From Octopus sinensis (taxonomy: Eukaryota): DNA of 64,000 nt. Numbering within the stretch: position 1 is the stretch's first letter; every line of letters begins with the position of its first letter. A model generated the notes under the pieces. It was not told the origin of the DNA, made no database searches, and was given only the letters and a program-made list of their open reading frames with translations. A program made the translations under genes and the position numbers. The stretch is from positions 51,832,001-51,896,000 of the forward strand of contig NC_043002.1 of the NCBI RefSeq assembly GCF_006345805.1. The letters run 5' to 3'. Below are positions 37,552 to 49,225 of the stretch, piece by piece.

Positions 37552-39334
37552 AATACGTAGTCTCATAATCATTGCAAAAGTACTTGACATGATACAGGAA
37601 TTCCTCCACATACACGAAGATGCGTAAACGTAACATGAACAGATACTCACAAGCTCACTACAAATCGTACTCTTCGATAAACCTGTTAAACAAGTTTTTT
37701 TATAGTTAAGCTGACGTTAACATATTAAATGAGAGGAGCATTAACAATATAACAAGAGATAACTGTACAGTGAGTAAAGAAAACACAACGGTTTAACTAA
37801 TGTAAAAAAATATTTTGATTATTCAATAATAATGGATAACATCTTTTGAACAGGTTTTGCGTTTATTATGACCTCACCAGCAAAGCATAGATTCCATCGT
37901 CTTTACCAAAGAAGCGATGCAAGTATTATCAGAGTTAGTAGATAACATCTACTTAAAATTTTACTGGCAAGAATACATGATACAGATGAAGCAGAAAAAG
38001 CTGTGGCGAAGTTTGAAATGACTCACTATGAAAGCATCTTGTGACCTCAACTACATCTTTACATATCAATATAACTATCAATACTCTTCAAAACTATTAC
38101 TTACAAAGTTTAGAATATTTTATCTAAATATGTTATAATTTACCCATAACTAAATAAGTTTTTGACTCGCTTGTTTAAGGGTAAAACTTAACGAATTGTG
38201 CTGAAATATTCTAAAGTTTTTCCTTCAGCTTTATGAGAAAATGTCATAAATACAATGAATAAGAATATAAATGTGTAGCCCAAGATGAACTGCAAAGTTT
38301 TATTAATGTTTAAAAGTTAGCCAGCAACGTGTGCATCACACTTAGGGTTACTAACTTGCAAATTAGGTCTATTGGGAACAACCTATCATTGCTTCTTTTA
38401 TTGATTCCATCTTTAACCGGCAAAAATTGAATTTAGACAATAAATTTAGCAGTGTAACACATCTTATGTAAAATGTGTTGCAATTTGACCTCTCGTGGTA
38501 ATATATGTTCAATAACCACGTCTGACGTCCAGGCTAGCTTCAATTATTATATCTGTGACGAAAAGAATTATTAATTATATGTTACATTGCAAAGACAATT
38601 AGTGTTTTCTAATGTCCCTTTGTGGATACACTGGTCAGCAACGTATACAGTTGTATATATTTATTTTAGAATACGATACTAAATTCTTCGTACATAATCA
38701 CATAGAGTCAGAACTTCGAACCAAATATTACGCTGTATTTTCTTCAAGGCCTTTAATAATAATTGCTTTCTGCAACTAAATTGATGCTGGAGGTTTCCTG
38801 ATCGCATCACTCATCTTTTGATAATTTATAGTTATCAAACTTAGAAAGAGTTCTTGTTAGTAAGACACTGACAGTTCATTCTGTGTGAGCAAAACTATGT
38901 GATTACTACTTTTCACAAGATACAATGCAAACTAAATACTGTTTCTTCAAATACAATTTATAATCAATCATAAAGACGATAAACATCAGCATAAATAGAT
39001 AAAGAATAGATGAAAGGTTTAAAAGTTCATATTGGTCAGAATTCACATTAAGGAGCATAGATTTTTGAACAGGGGCTGAAAAGCGTTAGATGAAATTAAT
39101 ATAGAAATACTGATTGCAAAGCTAGTATAATGGTATACTTAGATAATATATCACAGAGCAACTAAAGGAACAATCACACTTGAATATATACATAGCTACG
39201 CATAAATATAAGTGTGTGTGTGTGTGTGTGTACATATATGCACACACTTATCTTTACTTTTATCGATTTCAACTCAAAGCTGCGGCCATGCTGGAGCACC
39301 GCCGTTTTGCTACACTGTTATTAGTGAGAGCCTC

Positions 39335-39545
39335 CTCTCATATGTGGCATTTGGTGGATAAGCGAGTTTGATGTTGCTGCCTTTATTTGGACCCCCTGCC
39401 GTGAGGTAGGTTCATCTGGGACTCTCGACGGGAAGAGGACCAGTTTTGTTTTGAAAACACCTACATCCACTTTGTGTAGGTCCCTTAGGCTCTTTAGGAG
39501 AATATTAAAAACCCCTGTGGGATAGCAAGTCAACTGTCCTAAACC
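39335..39545 (-). mobile_element. CR1/L2-group LINE 3' remnant
   Basis: FNILLKSLRDLHKVDVGVFKTKLVLFPSRVPDEP resembles the FK-x-x-LD-x-FL-x-x-VPDEP ORF2 C-terminus of this group. Confidence 0.65.
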
Positions 39546-39859
39546 GTATAAAGCCGCATGCGCACTGTCAGTGAGGACAAGTGTGATGAGTGCAGGCGCT
39601 TTGTGAAAACAGTCGTAGAAGTCGTTGAGAAGAGATATTGTTTGTTAGGTATTGCTTCTGATTTATATTTGTATTGTTATAACCTTGTTATAAGTCCATG
39701 TTATAAAGTGACATATACAGTGAGTTCAAAGAAGGACATAACAGTGTCGACGAGACACAACAAGCCAGCCAGCCGTCTGCACTTTGTCGCCATCTTGGTA
39801 ATGTGCACTCGAAAAGGGGTATCATCATTCATGTCGATACCCAGGTCATGCACTGACTC

Positions 39860-40030
39860 AGGTTCGCTAGCCACTACACATTCTTTATTTTCTCTCCTTG
39901 TTTCTTTCTGTGTTCCTTTCTGTGGAAGAGCGTAGCTCGAAACGTTAAAGACTTTTTCACTTCTCGAGCGTTATACTAATACATTTGTTTGCTGTCTACA
40001 CCACCTGTCTTCGTCTTTTGACTTTTTGTG
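39860..40030 (+). mobile_element. Penelope-type terminal remnant with degenerate hammerhead (39916-39950)
   Basis: CTTT-CTGTGGA-A-GAGC-gta-GCTC-GAAAC-GTT-AAAG, with a mutated core. Confidence 0.45.
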
Positions 40031-40090
40031 AATCTCTCTCTATATATATATGCATATATATATGTATATATGTATGTATATGTATATATG

Positions 40091-40128
<38 letters not shown>

Positions 40129-40469
40129 CATACATGTATATATATATATACACATACATACATGTATATATATATACACACATACATACATGTATATATG
40201 TATGTATACATGTATGTACACACACATACATGTATATGTATGTATGTTCTTTCTCTTTAAATTAGAATAAATTTTGACTGAGAGAGAGAGAGAGTATTTA
40301 ATTTGCGGCATATGAATAAAATCTAACCATCGTATCAAAATCTAACTGAAATATATACACGGTCAAAACTAATCAGAATCCATATGGTTTCAACTCTAGG
40401 TTATAGAGCGATTTTTGTAAACACTCACCACTAATAAAGAACATTATTATACAGAGCTTTAAAGAAAGC

Positions 40470-40850
40470 GAGATGACAGAATTGATAGCACGTCAGGAAA
40501 AATGCTTAGCGGCCTCTCGTTGTCTTGACGTTACGAGTTCAAATTCTACTGTGGCCGACTTTGTCTTTCATCCTTACGAGTTCAAATTTCGCTACGGTCA
40601 ACTATGTCTTTCATCCTTTCGAGGTCGATAAAATAAGTACCAGTCAAGCACTGGGGTCGATGTAATCGACTAGTCCCTTCCCACCAAATTTCAGGCTATG
40701 TGCTTATAGTAGAACTTTAAAGGCGGTGAGCTGGCAGGATCATTAGCACGTTGGACAAAGTGCTTAGCGGCATTTCTCCTAGATTAATGCTCTGAGTTCA
40801 AATTCCACCGAGGTCGACTTTACTTTTCGGGGTTGATAAAATAATTCCTA
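40470..40850 (+). mobile_element. Two tandem old SINE-A copies, the first with an internally duplicated B-box segment
   Basis: ttacgagttcaaatt...tctttcatcct occurs twice in ~40530-40620. A second head starts at ~40720. Confidence 0.8.
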
Positions 40851-41095
40851 TAATAAAAAGATTTATTTTGTAGACTTCATAACTCCACTGTATTGGACTC
40901 CATCTTCATCTTGGACTTTCACGCTAACCATAAGAAATTTTGAACACGAATAACGCTGATCTAGAATACATTACTGTATGTAACGAAGTTAGTAGTAACA
41001 ATTTTAATGCGGTGAGCATAAACAATTCGAGATATTTAATCATCGAAGAAAGGGTAGCATTAGCTCAATGATAATATTATTTTAAACACTTTGAA

Positions 41096-41272
41096 GGCGG
41101 CGAGCTGACAGGCGGGCGAAATGCATAGCCGTATTTCGTCTGCCGTTACGTTCTGATGCCTTTCATCCTTTCGGGGTCGATAAATTAAGTACCAGTTACG
41201 CACTGGGGTCGATGTAATCGACTTAATCCGTTTGTCTGTTCTTGTTTAGCGCCTTGTGGGTAATAAAGAAAC
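41096..41272 (+). mobile_element. SINE-A young-tail copy with long, diverged TSD
   Basis: gataatattatt...ctttgaa flanks both sides (~41070 and ~41273). Confidence 0.8.
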
Positions 41273-41471
41273 AGATAATATTATTCGAAACTCTTTGAAT
41301 AGTACAAGAGATAATTTTTCAAGTGTTCTGTTATTATTTGATTTACTGAGCAAAAGATAGACTTCACTATACTTGTGGACGTATTTGAGTGCAATATCTC
41401 TCTCCTAACTCAGGCGATTGAAATTATTTCAGAATATTACAGTTGATTCTGTTATTAGTGTCTAAGATATG

Positions 41472-41925
41472 ATGGCGAGCTGGCAAAACCGTGAGCTTAG
41501 CGGCATTTTTTCCGACTCATTACATCAACAGTTTAAATTCAATCGAAGTTGACTTTCCCTTTCATACTTTTATCGTCGATAGAATAAGTACAAGTTTCTT
41601 TATTACACACAAGGGGCTAAACATAGAGGGGACAAACAAAGACAGACACACGGATTAAGTCGGTTACATCGACCCCCAGTGCGTAACTGGTACTTAATTT
41701 AACGACCCCGAAAGGATGAAAGGCAAAGTCGACCTCGGTGGAATTGGAACTCAGAACGTAACGGCAGACGAAATACGGCTGCGCATTTCGCCCGGCGTGC
41801 TAACGTTTCTGCCAGCTCGCCGCCTTGTCGTCGATAGAATAAGTACCAGCTGAGCACTGAAGTCGATGTAATTGACTAGCTCATTCCCTAAAACTGATGG
41901 TTTTATGCCAAAATTAGAAACCATT
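41472..41925. mobile_element. Old SINE-A (+) interrupted by a young SINE-A (-, 41592-41827)
   Basis: 19-bp TSD TCGTCGATAGAATAAGTAC at 41573-41591 and 41828-41846. Confidence 0.9.
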
Positions 41926-42568
41926 AACATATAAAAGACAAAACCACCGCAGTCAGATTCCAACGATGGGTGGAGGAAAACCAAGCTTAAATCTGCACAG
42001 GGTTTGAATAGAATAACAGAGACAGTTGATAGCTCTGTAAATTATTCTTCATAATCAAACTCAAAATAGACAAAGAAGAAAATATTATTGTTTTCTTCGA
42101 CCACCATCTGCTCTTGGGGGGCATTAAGGAAATGTTAAAGCCAAGAAAACATCACAAGCCGTATCCAAAAATGTAGTGTTTAGTGACAAACTTTCAACAC
42201 TAGGACTACTATAGTTTCCACCAGCACCACTAATACCATCTACTATTATTGACATTAGGTCATAAGCTTGACTGATATATATTTCATTAAATACGGAAGA
42301 ATACAAGACAAAGAAGATCTTGCTATGAAATGAACTCAGAACACAGAGGAACATTTCACTCCTTTTTCCTTTGATTTGGTCAATTACATCGACTCTAGTG
42401 TTTAACCTATATCTGTTTTATCGAACCCGAGAGGAATGAAAGGAAAAATCGGGTAATTTGAACTGAAAACGTAAAGACGGATGAAATCCTGCAAAGCATT
42501 TTGTACGGCGTGCTAACGATTCTGCTAGCTCGCCGCCTTAACTCCATTTATTATTGATAAAATACAGG

Positions 42569-43145
42569 AAGGCGGCGAGCTGGTACAATCGTTATCGCTC
42601 CGGTAAAAATGCTAAGTGGCACTTCTTTCGACTGAGTTAAGATCGCTTTTCACTTTCACTTGAAAAGGAAGGAGTGGTTGGAGAAGAGATACCTGTCGGA
42701 GAGTGTGTTCAAAAAAGATTGAAGCCTGTTGCACGAGTGCTGTGCGTGCAAGGAACCATGTGAATAAGACAAAAAAAAATAAATAAATAAAAGGTACCAG
42801 CGATAGATCGGGGCTTGTGGGGTCGGAGGGTGGCCTTATCATCGCTTCATTTGTATTGTCTCTGTATTGTTAATTTCATTCGATTTTTTAATATTTTATT
42901 AACATTTTTAAAGTCACATTATAAGTAAAATCATATCGTATTACTGATCCCATCAGTTGTTCTGTCCATTTCTATGTTTGGGCAATAAAGAAATTGGTAT
43001 TTCTTTCGACTTTACGTTCTGAGTTCAATGTTTATTAACTCCTTTCGGGAGTTAATAAAATAAGTACCAGTTGAATTTTGGGGTTGATGCAATCAACATA
43101 CCCCTCGCCCGAAATCACTGGCTTTGTACCAAACTTTGATACAAT
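42569..43145 (+). mobile_element. Old SINE-A split by a LINE insertion
   Basis: Head at 42569-42633. The body resumes at 42995 with tggtatttctttcgactttacgttctgagttcaa. Confidence 0.85.
42634..42994 (+). mobile_element. 5'-truncated L1/Tx1-like LINE (ORF2 C-terminus and 3' UTR)
   Basis: FHLKRKEWLEKRYLSESVFKK/..PVARVLCVQGTM* (one frameshift) aligns with the fragment at 1-220. It ends ...tctatgtttgggcaataaagaaat and has a 17-bp TSD with 2 transitions (42617-42633 / 42995-43011). Confidence 0.7.
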
Positions 43146-43523
43146 TATTAATAGAATATATTAATAACTGACATATATTTGAGAAAAATAGGAAATGGGT
43201 GTTCTGACGTACAAAAGACAGTAGCATCGTAAGTGAAATGAAATGGCTTCAGTCAGGAATTCAAAATGCGATCTACGACGCATGCGTTTACTGTAAGGAT
43301 ATATTACTCGAAAATTTTCTGAGCATTGTGTGCGTCTGTATTTGAATATTTTATGTTTTGAATGAAAAAAAAGTGGTGCGAGGGTATATGTTTTATATAT
43401 TATTGTATATATGTTCATTCCCAATAAATTAGAGTGTATGTCGTTATTTTTACGTCAACACGCCAGTGTATAATATGCAGCTATGTGCAGTACATACATA
43501 TGTATTTATGAATATTTGTATTC

Positions 43524-43558
<35 letters not shown>

Positions 43559-43599
43559 CGTGTATGTATGTATGCTTGTATGTATGTATATATATGTCT

Positions 43600-43638
<39 letters not shown>

Positions 43639-43778
43639 TATATATATACGTGTATATATATATATATATATACGTGTATATATATGTATAAATATATAAA
43701 TATATATATATGTGTGTATGTGTGTGTATGTGTGTATATACATACATACACGCGCACAAACACACACACATGCATACA

Positions 43779-43846
<68 letters not shown>

Positions 43847-44451
43847 TGCATACATGTATAATAATGTATATATGTTTACATATGCATGTGGGTGCATGTA
43901 TATAATATGTATTCTATCTATATGTATAAAAAATGCACTCTCTCTGACATACGTGTATGCATGTAGATATATACGTATGTATGCAAATACGTATTTATGT
44001 CTGTATGCCTCTATGTATGTGCAAGTTCATGCGTTTGCAAGCGAGTATCATTACAAATACGCATGTGTCAGTATGTATGTCGAAATAAGTAAGGAAAGAA
44101 TGTCTTTTATATCGTATGGCAATACGCGATTCCTGATTTGAATATATTGCCCACTCAGAAGACGAAGGTTCAGTCATGTAGATGATGACGACAACGACGA
44201 CGAAGGCAACAATGACGATGAAGACGGCAGCGACGACAATGATGATGATGAAGATGAAGATGTGGATGGTGGTGATGAGGATAACTGCGATGGTGATGGT
44301 GCGGTTGGGTGGTCATGATTTGGTAGAGAAAGATGCGTTAAAAAAGTTTAATTAAAAAAGCTCGGGTTGTGAGTTTCTACTTTGTGGTAGATCTGGTTCG
44401 TCATTTGTGGTTGTATGATAATTCTTCTTCTTTTAACATTTCTTCTTCATA

Positions 44452-44668
44452 GGGCGGTGAACTGGCAGAGACGCTAGTACGCCGGGCGAAATACTTAGCG
44501 ATATTTCGTCTGTCTTTACGTTCTGAGTTCAAATTCTGCCGAGGTCGACTTTGCCTTTCATCCTTTCGGGGTCGATAAATTATATACCAGTTGCGTACTG
44601 AGGTCGATCTAATCGACTGGCCCCTTCCCCAAAAATTTCGGGCCTTGTGCCTTGAGTACAAAAGAATA
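44452..44668 (+). mobile_element. SINE-A full-length copy (gagta(g/c)aaaagaata-tail type)
   Basis: Complete head, B box and ggccccttccccaaaaatttcgggccttgtgcc tail. Confidence 0.92.
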
Positions 44669-44714
44669 TTTCTTCTTCAAGAAGTAACGGTGTATATATA
44701 TATATATGTGTGTG

Positions 44715-45402
44715 CGTGTTTTAAATAAAATGAGACAACAAAGCCAAGGCAGTGTGAAATTTCGAGGACATTCTATAAAGAGAAAGGTAGTCTTACAGCT
44801 GTTTCAGGGATATAAAAGATATCCCATCATCAGAGACGATATGAGAGACTTAAATTGAAGGACGTAGTAGAGATCAGTATAAGAAGTTATTTTGGAATGG
44901 GAGAGACATAGGAAGTATAAAGGGAAATATAAGAATAAAAATTAAAATATATGTTGGATGTTAAACTTTAAACTTGTCGTTCCATTATCCAAATAATGTT
45001 TTGTGTAGAATGGGTAAAAAGGATTCTTGTCCATGGTATGTAAGTTCCGGTGGGTGTTTATATTTTGTTCATTCATTTGTAATAACGAAATATGAACTCA
45101 TGCCGGAACTTACATGCTATGGACAAAAAAAGTTTTTTACCCATTCTACACAACACACATATTTTTATTTTTATTCTTATATTTCCCTTTATACTTTCTA
45201 TATCTCTCCCTTTCCAAAATAACTTATTATATTGAACTCTACTACTTCCTTCTATTTAACTCTCTCATATCGCCCCCGATGATGGGATATCTTCTTTTAT
45301 ATCCCTGAATCAGCTGTAAGACTAATTTTCTCTTTATAAAATGTCCTAGAAATTCCACACTGCTTTGTCTTTGTTATCTCATTTTTATTTAACATATACA
45401 CG
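44715..45402. mobile_element. Inverted pair of Penelope-type terminal repeats (~240-bp arms), each with a hammerhead motif
   Basis: 44715-44960 versus 45155-45402. Minus-strand motif GTCT-CTGATGA-TGGGATAT...ATATCCCT-GAAAC-AGCT-GTA-AGAC at 44790-44837, with a degenerate copy at 45272-45322. Confidence 0.7.
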
Positions 45403-45534
45403 TTCACCTGCTTTAGACTCCTCAGTCTTACTGTTATCGAACCGGGAGTCTAACAGCGGTCCTTCCGTAGCACTTACATAGCCTTATACCTGCCTTTTGG
45501 ATCTTCTGGATACCAAAAACCTATCATATATATA

Positions 45535-45584
<50 letters not shown>

Positions 45585-45616
45585 TATATATGTACGTATA
45601 TATGTATGTATGTATG

Positions 45617-45667
<51 letters not shown>

Positions 45668-45980
45668 CTGTGTATGTATATATGTATATATGTATGTATG
45701 TATGTATATATTTATATATATATATATATAGATATATACATACATACACATGTGTGTATATATATATACACAGACACACACACACACATATATATATAGG
45801 TATGTTGATTCAAATACAAAAATAGTAGGACTCAATATATGAGAATATGTATATTTTTATTAATACTTAGCGGAAGTATCAGATTGACAAGGTCCGAAGG
45901 TTTCATGAGTTGAAACTCTCGGACCTTCAATCACCGTGTTACTTCTACTAAATATTAATAAATATATCTGTGTGCGTGTA

Positions 45981-46016
<36 letters not shown>

Positions 46017-46258
46017 GTGTGTGTGTGTGTGTGTGTGGTGTGTGTGTGTGTGTATGTGTGTTTGCATCGTGAAGCTTTTTATACACATACACACACATAC
46101 GTACATATATATACATGCACCCATGTATAAGCATACATACCTATTTGTATATTTCTGTATGTGCGTATAAATGGATGATGTATTTATGCATATATGTGTA
46201 TGTTTGTATATATATGTTTAAACAGTATATCTATACATATACGTATGTAAATATGTGT

Positions 46259-46304
<46 letters not shown>

Positions 46305-47299
46305 GTGCGTGTGTGTATGTGCGCATGTGTGTGACTTTGAGTGTATGTATGTATTACGTATACACGTCCTAACTGCCCACCTCTCTGTACCAGTTTCAGT
46401 TTTAGCCATAAATTGAGTGTTTTAAGTTATGAGCTAATGTACGTAAAAACCGAAACCTTGACCGCCTATCTTAAATATATAAAATGATGTATACAAAAAC
46501 GTAACGTGTATGAGCGCATGTGTACATCGGTTTGTGCTTGTGTGTACATATATAGATATTCGTATGTGTGTGTGTGAGTGTGTGTGTTGGCAAGGGATAA
46601 AAGTATTGTGCAAGAGGAATATGCCAATTTTGGTGCATTGGGAATTCTTGTCACGTTTGAAATTTGTATTATGCATGTAAATGGGAGCTGTACTGGGCGG
46701 ATTGAAGATAATTTACTCGCTTCTTCTATCAGTCGTTACTGCCGTTGGTGGCTGCCACTCGCTACATAATGGATATACTTCCAGGCAGTTCCAGCCACTT
46801 GTTAATAGCAATTAACACACTCAGCAGCCAATTTCTAATACCAGTAATCCAACTGGCCTGTGTTTGCTGACAGCTCAAGGGTAATCACAAGTGTGTCATA
46901 TTCCATATTTTTATCATTCACTTTCACTGAGTTTTCGGTTCTTTTTTGGAATAACTTAAGAATATTCCCATTGTTTAGCTTTATCAAATCTAATACAACT
47001 GCTGCCTCTTTCGAAAAATGATAGAATATTGTTCTTCGATTAATCTTGAGTTACTAATTAAATGTAATACAAGCTATACTCTAACCACTTTTTTTTGATA
47101 TATGCTTTGTAGACCATAGTTATAAATTTGCGTTTTGAAAGAAACGGTTATTTTTCTTTCCCAGAACATTCTAGTGAATTTTCCTATGTAGATTTTTTCT
47201 TTTCCGTGTTTCTTTTCTTTTCTTTTCATTCATTTTTTGTGGGGGTTTTTCCCCTTTTTTTATATTTTTAAGGCTTCTTATTTTGAATAAAGCATTTTT

Positions 47300-47312
47300 A
47301 TTATCACTATTT

Positions 47313-47352
<40 letters not shown>

Positions 47353-47468
47353 TAGTCGCAGCAGCAGTATCATCATCATCATCATCATCATCATCCTCAG
47401 CTGTAGTAGTAGCAGCTGTAGTAGTAGCAGCAGCAGTAGCAGTTGTATCGTCATCCTTATCATCAGCT

Positions 47469-47511
<43 letters not shown>

Positions 47512-47615
47512 CAGCAGTACTAGTAGCAGTAGTAGCAGCAGCAGCGGTAGTAGTATCATCATCATCACCATCAGCATTATCAGCTGTAGTAGTAGTAGTA
47601 GCAGTTGTAGTTTTT
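47300..47615. repeat. Compound (GTA)/(GCA)/(ATC) array with recurring tcagctgtagtag junction
   Basis: The junction recurs at ~47398, ~47463 and ~47580. Confidence 0.85.
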
Positions 47616-47821
47616 GTGGTCTTTGTTATTTAGCACCACGACAGCCCTAATAGAGCTTTCACTTCGAACTTTATGTATTTGGAACTGCCTTTAGACTGCT
47701 CTTCACCAGCTTTCATTCGGCGAAGGACTTACATTTTATATTCAAACGTTTTAACTCAACGTAATTTCTTCTTATCAGATATGACATATTTTTCTGTACT
47801 TTAATTATTAAACAATATTTT

Positions 47822-48050
47822 TAAAGTGGCGAGCTGGCAGAATCGTTAGCACTTCGGACAATATGCCTAACAGCATTTCTTCCGATTTTACATTCTGAGT
47901 TCAAATAACGCCGCGATCGACATTACCTACATTCCTTTCGAAGTCGATGAAATAAGTATCAATTGAGCAGTGTGAGCGATGTAATTGAATAGCCCCACCT
48001 CCCCACCCCACGTGCTCTACAAAAAGTTCAAGCCTATAGTAAAAAGAATT
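47822..48050 (+). mobile_element. SINE-A old copy
   Basis: aagtggcgagctggcagaatcgttagcac...ctgagttcaaat... Confidence 0.8.
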
Positions 48051-48185
48051 ATTGAACAATAACACACACACACACACACATATATATGTATTCAAATTAG
48101 GGACTCATAGAGTAACTGCTGCATTTGTTGAGTATATAAACAGTTTGGTTACTTTTTCCCTGGAGATTGTCAGAATGATGTGAAT

Positions 48186-48228
48186 ACCTCTGATGAGAAC
48201 CCAGTAAGGTTCGAAAATCTATTAAGGT
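48186..48228 (+). ncRNA. Minimal type I hammerhead ribozyme motif with canonical core
   Basis: ACCT-CTGATGA-GAACC-cagtaa-GGTTC-GAAA-AT-ct-AT-TA-AGGT. Stem I is 4 bp, stem II is 5 bp, stem III is short and the triplet is UUA (cleavage after 48224). Confidence 0.65.
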
Positions 48229-48299
48229 TGTTCATTTTTTTTCTGTCGGCGGAGAAATGACTAAAATTTGCCCTGTCTATAAATATACCATATGTTACA

Positions 48300-48377
<78 letters not shown>

Positions 48378-48839
48378 ATATTATATATATATGGATATAC
48401 ATATGTATATACGTATATAATTATAAATATTATCGCAATACTTGTTATTTTCCAGCATCGTGAAGGTAAAATTATAAATAGAAAATAGTGGTACAAGTAG
48501 GCACCAATGTTTGCTGGAAATAGCAGTCGATAACATTAGGACGCTGAGTAAAGCTTCACTGAATATATATTGGCGAAGATTGTGCGGGCTGCAAATATAA
48601 AAATTTTCGTTTTACATCTAATAAGAACACCAGATAGATGGACAAGCTAGAGTGGATAATCTAGCGTTCGAGTTTCGAACTTTCCTAATATGCCTGTTAT
48701 CGTAAATTCGGTTAGTCCTCATCTCCTAGGTTCACCAGAGACGAAATTTTAAAATATTCGTCACGCCAGTGCCAATATATTCGATTGAACGCCTAGCCGT
48801 AAACAGAACCGAGATTAGTGAAAAAGTTTTATATAAAAA

Positions 48840-49225
48840 CTAGCAGTATCGCCCGGCGTTGCTCGGGTTTGTAAGGAAAATAACTATATAAGCATTTTTA
48901 GAGAGTTATAGCCAAAAAATAGCAAAAAATGCATTAAAAATAGAAAAAAAATGATGGTAAATATTTTTTTAAATCGTTGACTAATCGTAGACATTTTTAG
49001 AGAGTTACTTCCCTTATATGATAGCGAAAAAATGCATTAAAATGGAAAAAAATGATGGTAAATTATTTTTAAAATCGTAGACGCGCGCTAATACCCAGAA
49101 GGGCTCGATATGAATCACGACTATAAGATACCCGGTTTTGGTTAAACTGCACCGCAAAATGTGGGAGTAGTTAGGAATCTAAATCGTAGGAGACAGACAC
49201 ACAACTTCACTTTTATATATAAAGA
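48840..49225 (-). mobile_element. Non-autonomous Helitron (386 bp)
   Basis: Minus strand starts TCTTTATATATAAAAGTGAAG and ends CCCGAGCAACGCCGGG (hairpin)...CTAG. It is inserted between A and T with no TSD. Confidence 0.85.

Noticed and set aside
46681-46815. 44-aa ATG ORF with a hydrophobic N-terminus
   Set aside because: It is of chance length, with no promoter, homology or splice support.
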